Source of the DNA: Tubulanus polymorphus
Taxonomy: Eukaryota > Animalia > Nemertea
Direction: 5' to 3'
NCBI RefSeq assembly: GCF_964204645.1
Contig: NC_134027.1
Location: 13,238,485-13,302,484 of the forward strand
Length of the DNA: 64,000 nt
Below the pieces are notes generated by a model that saw nothing but the letters and a program-made list of their open reading frames with translations, had not been told where the DNA came from and did not search any database. This document shows positions 25,668-37,134 of this stretch, piece after piece. Each line of letters begins with the position of its first letter. The first letter of the stretch is position 1. A program made the position numbers and the translations under genes.

Positions 25668-27702
25668 CATTAGACAAGGACCCACCGTGCTCAACGATAC
25701 TAGGTATGTTCATGTCCACGCGGGGCGCAACTATTATTGATTAGGTTAAGTGAGATGCGCGTTTTTTCTACGCGTTTTGACATCGCGTAGTAAAATCATT
25801 CATAAAACCTGTCTATCAATGCAAATGAGCTTAAATCCTCTGGAATCAACCAATAAGATCGATCTTTATCACTTGAGGGTTGGTTTACCGATAAATCCGC
25901 ATTTTAGTCGAAGAAAATAGAAATCGAAAAATACCCTTTTTCAAGAGCAAAATTCGTCAGCTTAGGACACGGAATATGCGACGAATCATTAGGAATCGAA
26001 AGGTTTAGGATCTTATAATTCAAATACTGAAGACCGCATGATCTTAATTCGTGTCGGGGCTGAGCGATCGCTGCCGGAAAAGTCGATGTCTAAGTTTTGC
26101 GTTGAAGCGAGCGATACAAAATGGTGGCTGGCACTTGTTATTGAATGACGACGCGCCGCGCTGCTCGTGATGAGATCAATATTTAACAATTATTTATCGG
26201 TCTAGCGGTGAATTATTGTATTCATTTTCTGATTCATAATTATATATCACCAATTCTGAATATTAGGACAGATTTAGCGAAATGATCGGTAAAAATTTTT
26301 TTTTGCTCGCGCAGACCACCACTACGCTCCCGTCAGTAAAGCGGCTGTTGAAAGGGATAAATTGAGGCTTGTGATGGGCAAAAATAGAGGCGCATGATGG
26401 GACAGTGAGGCTCCCGAGGGGATTTTCCAAAAGCAGCAAAATTGAAATATATATAAAATATTGTTGAAATCTAGCTCAAAACAAAACAAATGGATTATTA
26501 TTTATTTATTATTAGTAGTATTATTACTATTGCTTGGTTTATGTTTCTAAACTGATTGATTTTATTATGATATCATGAATGTACTTCAAATTTCAGCGTT
26601 TCGAGCTAGGCCAAGCCTGATTTTCTGCTATTCTTTACTAAAATTCATTTAGCAAATAACATTTATAATTGGTATATTTAAATCAATTTGCAATAGGAGC
26701 CTATAGACCTGACTGACAGGCCCTAACAATCAAGTTTTTTTCTTTAAAGTATGTAGTGAAAAAAATAATTTCACCTGAAATCATATCAATATTTCTAAAT
26801 ATTATACAATTTTTCTTGCCGTTACCATGGAAACCAAATAATGATAATCTATTATATAATAATAGATATTCCTAGATAAACTTAGGGCAAACATAAACTA
26901 TTGATAGGGCCTAACTAGTTTTTCTATCCCCTTTATACATCATAACTTTCGATCTAACATCGATATTTCCATTATTTTACCATTTTTTGGCCCGTTTCCA
27001 TGGAAACCATAGGCATTTGGGATCAGATAAAAATTTTGGGTCTTTCATCTTTCACCTGAAAGTGCTATGAGTGTATTGCTCTTTAAATTTCTAGTCTATG
27101 TCTTAGTTAATGAGATAGGCCTATTGGAGTTTGTTTACATGAAATATTGCCTTCTTAGATCACAGTTTTTGGGTATCGAAACATGAAGACACTTTTCACT
27201 CAAATTTTCAAACTTCCATTTGGGACATCTCGAAAACTACTGAAGATAATTCAAAAATTTAAAAAGAATATTGTTATTTGAGCCCTCCCCATTCCAACCA
27301 GCTTTCTTTCAGTAAGACTGGAGCTATTTCAATTTTTTATGGATATAGATAACCATACATACTTTTTTTCTGCGCATATGGGATCAATTTCTCATCCTTC
27401 AATGATTTACGAAATGTTTATTCACAAAAAAGCTTATTTTCTGGTGTTCATTCTTTTTATCCAAGACAATATTTGGGGTAATTTTCTTTCAACACACGTC
27501 GACGGTGCCTCGGCGAAAAAATCTACTTTTTTAAATTTAAATTAGCCTAAAGTTTACATTTAAATCAATGGCTGTAGTAACGAGGCGTCCGCCACTTATT
27601 AGATTTCATCTATTTATTACATGCACAGGGGCTCATATTTGAAGTGTGGGGGTGAACTGTAGCTTACATCATCCAGTATCCCTGGTACTATAGGGCCTAT
27701 AT

Positions 27703-28123
27703 ATAAAAAGAAAAGGGTGGAAACTCCTATACAGACACTTCGATTTAAAACTGCTGTAACTCCTAAAATATCCAAAGGATTTCGATGAAATCTGTTTTAA
27801 ATTGTTCAGAACATCCTATATTTTCTAAATATGTCTACTTGGAGGCCATTTGATAACATTTAACCACTGAAAATCGCGATTTAATGCGCCAGAGACCCCC
27901 AAAATAACTTGTACTGCAATTGCTATGGCAGCAAAAATCCTCTACCTTTCAACTTCAAGTGAAGAGCTTGTGGTGATTTCAGCGTCTAAATCCAACAAAC
28001 GATACATCAATCGAAGCACAATATCTTATATTTTGTTCACAACCAGAATTTATTCATCAAGTGAACGTATTCTGAGTTTTAAATCGAAATGTCTGTAGGT
28101 ATAGGAGTTTCCACCCTTTTCTT

Positions 28124-28128
<5 letters not shown>
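27703..28128. mobile_element. MITE in a TA-rich tract
   Basis: aagaaaagggtggaaactcctatac / gtataggagtttccacccttttctt; flanked by (TA)n and an outer IR ccagtatccctg / cagggatactgg. Confidence 0.75.
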
Positions 28129-28179
<51 letters not shown>

Positions 28180-28303
28180 TCAGGGATACTGGTAGTCAGT
28201 AACCTGACTGTGGTTTAGTTTCACGATCGGATATCACAAACCACATATTGGTATAAGCCTATCCGATTATAAAAAGCTTACCACCAACAATTAGGTAACT
28301 AAC

Positions 28304-29046
28304 CAGGTTGATTAAAATACGTAGATTTAGGTATCTACGTAAATTTACGTATCGTACATAATTTTACGTAGGTCAAAGAATAACCTATAGGCCTAGCCCC
28401 TACTTTAGGCCAGTGGTACACCCTGTATCAGACGGCACATCTGATTGGCTTTCACTCCATAATATTAACCAATGATCGAAGTTCTTTTTGAAAAAGTTTG
28501 GTATTTCTATCTCAACTGTGTTAATAGGGGTGACAGGTTCGTACGGATTACTCTGGAATGTTCGTATGGGAAGGGATAGGGTTAGGGTAAGGTGAGGCTA
28601 TATGTAGTTAAAACATTCGACCGACTGTCAGCGAGCTGGGTGGTCTAGTGGTATGATGCTGCACTAGTAATTTACTGGCCCGGGTTCGAGTCTCGCTCGA
28701 TCCACTCTATTTTTCTCTAGCCTAACTCTATTCTCCACACTTTCCTTGAATTTTCTAAGTCGCGCACCTCTGTACGCATGCACGGTGTTAATCAGCCAAT
28801 CAGCGACAGTTATTAGCGTACAGATCCTAGTTCTGTACGAATAGCCTCCAGAGTAATCCGTACGGGTCCGTACGAGTAGCCACACCGTAACTTTAAATAC
28901 AATATGGAGTCGAGATAAAACATCAAAATCAAAGAGAGTGCATAACGGTGAAAACTTGCAAACTTTCTCAATAGCTAAATACGTAAATTTACGTACAGTA
29001 CATAAATTTACGTAGATACGTAAATCTACGTATTTTAATCGACCTG
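28304..29046. mobile_element. TIR element with 5-bp TSD ctaac
   Basis: caggttgattaaaatacgtagattta / taaatctacgtattttaatcgacctg; ctaac on both sides; the paralogous empty site at ~58728 has a single ctaac. Confidence 0.85.
28631..28701 (+). pseudogene. tRNA-derived sequence (Pol III A and B boxes; SINE head or tRNA pseudogene)
   Basis: A box tggtctagtgg and B box ggttcgagtct with tRNA spacing; anticodon stem does not pair. Confidence 0.55.
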
Positions 29047-29499
29047 CTAACTACTAGTTACTGACTACAGTTCACCCCCAAACTTTTCAAATACGAGCCC
29101 CTGTGTGATTACAATTTAGGCTACATGTCCCCGTGGGACAAGGCAAGAAATTATGATAGGACAATAAATTAAACCTTGTCCTTGGTTCTCGATCGCAAAT
29201 TATGAGTTATGAACAGACTGCCAGCTGCCGTGGACGTCGTGACGTGTTATATTTGTCGTTTAATCCGTGCTAACACAAATGCCAATGTGAAGCTCCGACT
29301 TCGATATCATCAACAACCTCCACTCACCAATGTTGCAGTAGGGGTTGCTCCGAGTACACAAATTCAAATCATTTATGTTTAGTACCGGAAGTGCATCGGT
29401 TATGGGGCGACTTTGACGATCTATAATTGCTCACTCTCCTGAACCCTCTAGCTTACTCATATAAACTCTCCTGAAATTATCAAAAATCATCAACTTTCA

Positions 29500-29802
29500 T
29501 TTCCTTCCACTTTATTTCTTCATTTCCCTTTCGTTTTTATTCCCTGGGTGCTTGCGACAGCGGCCTAAAGGCTTTGCTTGGCCCACACTGAAAGCTACTG
29601 TTCTCTCTCGCTTTTTATAATTGTGCTTTGTTTAAAAAAATTGTAAATTTTATTGTTTGTTTTCTCTCAACCTGTGTACATAGCCTATCATGCTTTCTGT
29701 GAAATAAATTTGAACTTGAACTTGAACTTGAACTTGTCTGTGTAGATTTTATATATGTCTAGATATTGTATTCTATGCAAATAAATATTTTGAATTGAAT
29801 TG
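29500..29802 (+). repeat. LINE/SINE 3' end remnants with (ttgaac)n and (ttgaa)n tails
   Basis: aataaatttgaacttgaacttgaacttgaacttg and aataaatattttgaattgaattg. Confidence 0.55.
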
Positions 29803-30185
29803 TCTAAAGAACAAACTTACCTCTAACCACCATTCGGGTTTTTCGTTCCGATATTGATTTTAATGTTTTAGATGCAACCTGAATGATTCATTTCAGGACT
29901 TCATCCAGTCCTGAGAGTGGGTTCGAGCCCGAAAATGTACAATTGGCAACTACACGATTTAAAAAAAAAAATGCGATGGCGAGCCTAAAGTCTATTTATT
30001 TTTGATTGTCCACGATCTTTTCGGAGAAAGGTGCGATATTTCTGAATAGCAAGAATAGCATTATATTTGATGTTCTTGCTTTTATAAACGTTATTCTATA
30101 GAAAATATGTGCTATTGTACAATTTTGCGATTCTATGCTTTTATACTGCTATTGTAATGTTACTACGCTCCTCTTTATTATAGCA

Positions 30186-30639
30186 CGGAAGTGCCCGCTT
30201 TTCTAACGATCGTAAGAATAGCGTACGATCGCAATACGATCGCGTGCTCCTGTGCTATTGTGCTCCTCTTCATGTAACTATGAACGGAAGTGCTTTTCTA
30301 ACGATCGTAAGAATATCGTGCGATCGCAATACGATCGCGTGCTCCTGTGCTATTGTGCTCCTCTTCATGTAACTATGAACGGAAGTGCTTTTCTAACGAT
30401 CGTAAGATTAGTGTACGATCGCAATACGATCGCGTGCTCCTGTGCTATTGTGCTCCTCTTCATGTAACTATGAACGGAAGCGCTTTTCTAACGATCGTAA
30501 GAATAGCGTGCGATCGCAATACGATCGCGTGCTCCTGTGCTATTGTGCTCCTCTTCATGTAACTATGAACGGAAGTGCTTTTCTAACGATGGTAAGATTA
30601 GCGTACGATCGCAATACGATCGCGTGCTCCTGTGCTATT
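30186..30639. repeat. 95-bp tandem repeat, ~4.8 copies
   Basis: Unit cggaagtgcttttctaacgatcgtaagaatagcgtacgatcgcaatacgatcgcgtgctcctgtgctattgtgctcctcttcatgtaactatgaa. Confidence 0.92.
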
Positions 30640-30829
30640 AGTAATAGGGGTAATGGGCTTTCAAGTCAAAGGTCGAAGGGTCGAGCTCGTAAAAAAATGA
30701 AAATAACAATAATTTACTGTTGAATTAGTCGCGCACACTCCTAATTCAACTGTAAATTATTGTTATTTTCATTTTTTTACTCACTCGCCCCCTCAACCTT
30801 TAACCTGAAAGCCCATTACCCCTATTACT
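30640..30829. mobile_element. Palindromic MITE
   Basis: agtaataggggtaatgggctttca ... tgaaagcccattacccctattact; near-complete hairpin. Confidence 0.8.
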
Positions 30830-30839
30830 CTTAAAATAT

Positions 30840-30841
<2 letters not shown>

Positions 30842-30910
<69 letters not shown>
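30842..30910. repeat. (TA)n microsatellite
   Basis: Direct observation. Confidence 0.97.
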
Positions 30911-30913
<3 letters not shown>

Positions 30914-32369
30914 ATAATTTACATGAATAACATATAAATTGATAGATTATTCAATATAAAAGTGTTATTAAAGTGTGAGTAAAAAAGTAACGAGTAGGCC
31001 TAATTAACGAGCTCTTATAAATAGATATAGGCCTATAGATATATTTTAAACATATTTCAATATTTATATTTGGTATGAGTTAGATTTTTAAACATTAAAA
31101 GTGTTAGTAAAGTGTGATTGAAATAATTCATATTTAAATCATTGAATATTTATATTTATATGCGTTAAATTCTTATTTTCAATATAAAAAGTAACGAGTA
31201 ATTAACGAGTGAAATAATTCATATTTAAAACAGTGAATATTTATATTTATATGCGTTAAATTCTTATTTTATGTTTAAAAGTAACGAGTAATTAACGAGT
31301 TGATGAAAATATCAATTTTAATAAAAAAATTACTTATAAATATGAATGAACAGATACTACAGTTCAAAGATATCGATTTAAATGAATTAGAAAAATATTT
31401 TATTTCTGGACTGCACAACTTCACTGGTTCGATTAAGACCTATTTGAGGTATGCACACCCAGAATTAAGCAAAATATCCCAATAAGATCGCGGACAATCA
31501 AAAATAAATAGACTTTTAGGCCCATGGGTCCAAACCATAGCTTATTGGGCAGCAGTATTAACCCTCGCTCCTTTTCCTCAAGTTAAACCACTGTTATATT
31601 ATAATGTCGGCCTCGTGATATCATTCCAGAAATTTCAATAAAATTTCAATTCTACATAGCTAAAAATCAATTTTGAACAGTAGTTTTCTTTTTTTTTTAA
31701 TTGAAATTTTACTGTAAAACTCAGAAAAGTAAACAAAATCTTTAAGTTTAGTCACATATTTATTTATTCCAAAACAGTTTTAGACGGTTGATCCTACCAT
31801 ACCTTGTACATGTTATGAAATATCTTTATTTGAAATAAAACAGTGTCGATGAAGTATTAAAGTAGCCATTAAAGTAACTAATAATTGTACAGTCTGCAAA
31901 TAGAAGAGAAGTACCTCATTAGGCTTATAATTGCAGTAATTGTAAAACTAATGTGAACGCCCTTCTCCTCCAGCGATCGTGAGGGGTAATCAGGGGTCGC
32001 ACACGTTGTAGTATCGATCCGACAATCCGACGATTCCCTTGTTCCTCGTCGCAGCAGCTTTGTTGGAAGTGTATTGTTACCCAGTTGTGTTACAGTTATT
32101 GTATGTATAGTGTTTCTATGGTATACTGACTTCAGTCTGTTCAGTGTGAATCATTCAGTGTTTATACTTGACTTACCCCTATAAACTGTACCTATATAAA
32201 TATATGTTTACTGACCACAGTCAGTACCAGCCACAGTACTTTAATAAATGTTCGACGTTGTAATATTATACGTCTGGTGTCGTCGTTAGTTTTATGGGTG
32301 TTGTTCGACCCTGGAGCTTGGATCCGAAAAGGAATTGGGTATTTCGGCCCTGGAGTTTCGTCCGTAACA

Positions 32370-32808
32370 GTACAACCTTGGCCTTTGGCTTCAATCACCA
32401 GTAAAAAGGAGTTCCTTCCTCGCCTCTCCACCAACCGACAAACTTGCGACAAACACAATATCTTATAATAACTATCAAATATTTATTCATCAACCAGCTA
32501 TGTTACCGCCATTCGCGGAATCAATACGACCCACATCATGAGATCAAACCCACAACCAGAACATAAATGAGAGGGCGCCACAGCCTGGACTGTCGTTCCA
32601 GAAAACAAGAGACTACTCACCAAATGTCATTTATGAATGTCTGTCACATACTCCCCAGAGCCGTAAAATATCGTCCTTGATATTTCAAAGTGTATCTGAA
32701 CAAACTGTACACGAACTGGGACAGCATAATAAGAAGTATAAAATGTCAAGGCCAACAACAACTGATTTCAACAGTCAACCACATGATACAATAAACGATG
32801 TGACAACA
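32370..32808 (-). repeat. Probable 3' LTR of the second Gypsy
   Basis: Minus strand aaaaaaggggagggaacg followed by TGTTGTCACA; aataaa on the minus strand near 32482. Confidence 0.5.
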
Positions 32809-32881
32809 CGTTCCCTCCCCTTTTTTGAATAGTTTTTTTTCTTTTATTTTTTTTATATCACATTGCATATACCAAACGAGA

Positions 32882-35800
32882 TTACATGTTACATTCTATT
32901 CTATACCAGTCCGGATCAGTAAGCGCATCTAACCATTTAGGATTCTCTAAAACCTCCGGAATTTTTGCATATTCCAGAAACAATTCAATCTTCCTACGAT
33001 CCGTTTGCATGTTAAACTTTAGAAATTCTCCCGAATGCTGCCAAGCTGGGGGTCGTCTCGTCCGCGGTCGTGGCACAAGACGCTCCTCCGAACTCGGACT
33101 CGGCTTGTCAACATCCAGTGATGTTGGAACAGAGGATGAACTAACTGGCACGCTATCCACAGACAAAGGGCTCAACGGAGGAGTGTCCGCGTTAATCAAA
33201 AATGGATGCTCCACAGAATCGATTGTTTCATCAGCTCCCGGTGATTCCGGAACAGGAGACATATCCGATCGCACAATTTCCTCAGAAATTGGAGCTGGAG
33301 AAACTCTCTCATTAGAACTTCGAGATAACACGGTGTCCGCACCCGCATTCTCAGACTCAACGACAGGAGGTTCCTCCGCAGTTTCCACATCGTGTGAGAC
33401 AAGTACCCAGTCTTCCTCGTCGGACCTATCGCCTGCTACTTCGACAACTACTTCCTCCGGCATATTAGTATTACCGAAAACAAATTTCTCTGGAGTAACT
33501 GGATTTAGGTTTGCTTCCTTTCCTTGGAATGATTCCTCACTGTCACGCAAAGGAGTAGCCAAAGGTAATAACTTATTCCTATGCAGAATCCTCCTACCTC
33601 CACCTTCCATTCTTTTTACCTCGTAAACAGGCACATCTCCAGTTACCTTGTTTTCCACGATATAAGGTACCGATTCCCAGCGGTCAGCTTATTTATGCCG
33701 TTCCCTGAATCCTTCACGTTTGACCAACACCATATCACCAGGCGTTAACACTGCACTCTTAGCTCTTCTGTCATACAACTCTTTCCATCTATCCCCTTGC
33801 CTAGTCAAGTGATCTGCTGCCATATTCCATGCCACTTCAAATTGATTTTCCATCTGCTTCACATACACTGTAGTCAACGTCACGCTTTCTTTATTTCCCC
33901 AACCAAATTTCTGATCAACTGACGGTCTAGGTCTTCTTCCGATCATTAGATAGAATGGCTCAAATCCTGTCGACTCGTGGGGTGTGCAATTATACGCGTA
34001 CACCAATGCGTTAATATGCCTCCGCCAGTTTCTCTTTTCCTCGGGCGGAAAACTACCCAGTAGTCGAATCGACCTACTATGAAACCTTTCTACAGCACCA
34101 TTGCCTGCAGGGTGATACGGTGTAGTTCGGGTTTTCCTCGCATTTTCAACTCGCATAACTCCTTGATCACACGACTTTCGAAGGCTGGACCCTGATCCGA
34201 ATGAAGCTGAACAGGGGCTCCAAATTTCAGCACCACTTCGTTGAATAAACACTTAGCCAACGTTCTAGCTGTCTCATTCTTAGTGGGAATAGCCATCGCA
34301 AACTTCGTGAAATAATCGGTCATAACAAGTACCTTTTCGAAGCATTGACTCAGCTCCAATGTTAAGAAATCAATACAAAGTAACTCCATAGGGTACGACG
34401 TCTCGATACTGACCAACGGGGCAACTTATGTAGGCGTAGAAGCGCACACACAGCGCTTACAACTTTTCACAAATTCCTCGACATCGGATTTCATTCCAGG
34501 CCAATAACAATCTTCGTCTCAATAAAGCCAACGTTTTGCCCCAACCGATCGTGCAAACAGTCAAGCATCTCCGCTCTCTCTGAATAGGGCAACCACACTT
34601 TCAGCTCTGACACTCCGTTTTCAATAACTCTGCGGTACAAAACATCATCCAGAAGTTCAAGCGACTTAAAACCCCGGCAGATCCCGTACTCCGATGGTTT
34701 AGCTGGCCGGAATCTTGTCTTGGTCCTCAAGTCGGGTCCCGCTCCTGCAATTTTCGCATGTCCACCTCTGCTACCCCTCCGGCTTACGTCACAGGGACTG
34801 ACGGATTTACGGTACATATTGCTACAAAGACATCAGCAGTGATCCGATTTACCGGACTACGGCTCAGCGCGTCTGCATCTCGCATATTAGTGCCACTATG
34901 ATATTCGAGTTCCAAATCGTACACAGATAAAGCCTGTAGCCAGCGATGTCCCGCGGCATCCAGTTTCGCAGATTTCAGCACATAAGACATGGGGTTCGAA
35001 TCAGTATGGACACAACATATGTTAGCATATAAGTAATCGTGGAACTTTTCCGTCGCCGCCCATTTCAGAGCCAGAAACTCAAGTTTGTGCGCAGGATACA
35101 TCTTCTCTGAAGTATTCAATCCTCTACTTGCGTACGCGATTACCTTCTTAATTCCCTTTTCATCTGTTTGGTACAAAATCGCGCCTAATCCATCATGAGC
35201 TGCATCTGTATGAAGCTCGAAGGGTCGATTAAAGTCTGCGAACCCTAATATGGGTCTAGACGTCAACATCTCCTTCAACCTCGTGAATGCGTTTTCTTCA
35301 TTCTGTCCCCACTGTACCTCGATCCTCCGTTCCGCAGTTTTACGTTTCCCCTTGAGATTCGTGACTCCCGATAACAATTTCGTTAACGGAGCAGCTACCC
35401 TGGCATAGTCCTTTATAAACTGTCTGTAATAGCCCGAAAATCCCAAGAATTGTCGCACTACAGTTACGGTTCTAGGTGCCGGCCAATCCTTCACGGCACT
35501 TAATTTCGCTTGATCGGGTTCAACTCCCTTTTCAGAGATCCTGTGCCCTAGCTAAACCATTGCTGACCGTAAAAACTCACATTTTGAGGGTTTCAACTTC
35601 AGTCCCGCAGCAGCTAGACGATCCAACACATGCTCCAACCGCTCAACATGCCCCTCGAATGTGTCCGAAAAAATAAGTATGTCATCGATGAAAACCAGAC
35701 ATTCACGGAGGTTTAAATCCACAAGAGTCCTTTCCATTAAGTGCTGGAACGTTGACGGTGCGTTTGTAAGTCCGAAGGGCATTACATTAAACTCCCAAAA

Positions 35801-36840
35801 TCCGTAACCCGCCCCGACATTGAAGGCAGTTTTTGGCTTATCCTCCTCCTTCACCTCGACTTGCCAATATCCGGCCTCCGGGTCAAGAGTAATGAAATGC
35901 TTGGCACCGGCAACAATTTCAACTAATTCATCCGCGCGAGGAAGAGTCTGCCGATCTTTCACGGTCCTCCGATTGAGGGTCCGGTAATCCATACAAAATC
36001 GAAGACCGCCATCCTTTTTCCGGACGAGAACTACCGGCGATGACCATGAACTAAAAGATGGACGGATGACTCCTGTGGACGCCATCATGTTAAGGTTATC
36101 CCTCACCTCGTTCACCATGGATGGAGGAACTCGTCGATACCTCTCCTTAAACGGTACATTATCAGTCAAATTGATCTCATGTCGAATCGCGGAAGCACGT
36201 CCAGTATCCTCATCAGCGTCCGAAAAGATTCCTTTATGTTTCCGCAGAACGTCTTTTAACCGTAGAAGCTGCCCCGAAGTCGTCTCGCAACTTTGCCAGT
36301 TGAAAAAGTCCAAAAATTTATCATCTTCTCCTGACCCTATTGCGCCACAATGTCGTTGCAGAGGATTCACACTATTCATCAGCTTCGGCTCCACTCGACG
36401 AACACCCTCAACGCTACACACCGGTGACCGAGCAAACATCGTTTCGCTAATCCAACAGCTCCCTTGTCATCATGCAAATGCTGTTACACGTTAGTGCCCA
36501 ACACCACAGGACCCGACTCACTGTTACTAGTATCTTCAACCACCAAAACCAAAACATCGAGTATCTGGTGCTCCACTACCAACGTAACTTCTGCACACCC
36601 ATGATACGGTAGTTCAGTTCCACCAGCGGTTTTCACATCCAAAAAATCATTGACAGGAAACAGCTGCGTATCCACGAGTGAACTAAAGAAACTCTTTGAG
36701 ACCGTCGTAACTTGGGCTCCAGTATCAATCAGTGCTCGACAGAATGATTATTGACGACAATATCAGATTCATTAGCTGGACCCACTAACGACGACCGGCC
36801 TGGCCCATGGGTCCGTGGCCAGGCTCCGATCGGTTTCCCG
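32882..36840 (-). pseudogene. pol: Gypsy Pol, multiple frameshifts and stops
   Basis: ALIDTGAQ protease (~36735), RT MPFGLTNAPSTFQ...FIDD, RNase H TDAAHDGLGA, integrase HSDQG...TTPYHPAGNG, long low-complexity C-terminal tail. Confidence 0.9.
36778..36839 (-). promoter_or_regulatory. -1 frameshift site with pseudoknot
   Basis: Minus strand G GGA AAC directly after the CCHC knuckle; stem gcctggcc/ggccaggc; loop ggaccca pairs with downstream tgggtcc. Confidence 0.75.
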
Positions 36841-37134
36841 CCCGCTGACAATCTCACTGAAAATGGTCCAACCCGCCGCAGTTAAAACATCTTCTGCGAC
36901 GGCTACATGGAACTGGACGGTTATTATAACCTCGGCCGCGTATTGCTCCGCCTCTATCAATTCCTCGGCCCCGTGACTGCGCGATGTCACCTTTATCATG
37001 GTAATCTGAGGTTCTTTCAATATTCAATGCTGTTATCTCCCCCTTTTCAGTTCATTACCGGTTTCCACCAAGGATTCAACGGTCTTGACGAGTTGGCCAG
37101 AACCTTCAGCGTACATCTGGTGTTGCCTAGGCTC
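36830..37134 (-). pseudogene. gag: Gag C-terminal part with CCHC knuckle
   Basis: RG-rich stretch followed by CFNCGGLDHFQ*DC. Confidence 0.75.

Larger units (their letters stand above)
27624..29105. mobile_element. Non-autonomous TIR element, CACTA/EnSpm-like, with nested inserts
   Basis: cacaggggctcatatttgaa...gggggtgaactgtag / ctacagttcacccccaa...ttcaaatacgagcccctgtg; 2-bp TG flanks. Confidence 0.65.

Noticed and set aside
25741-27549. Possible large TIR element (ttaggtta / tagcctaa)
   Set aside because: Terminal match too short and degenerate to support
28631-28701. Functional tRNA gene
   Set aside because: Anticodon and acceptor stems do not pair properly; kept only as tRNA-derived
30186-30723. 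CRISPR-like array or repeated ORFs
   Set aside because: Head-to-tail 95-bp repeat without unique spacers; no cas genes; eukaryotic context
31953-32369. Possible plus-strand solo LTR (tgtgaa...gtaaca with aataaa)
   Set aside because: No matching TSD or second copy; boundaries unsupported
32886-33626. 246-aa Ser/Thr-rich plus-strand ORF as a gene
   Set aside because: Antisense shadow of the integrase tail
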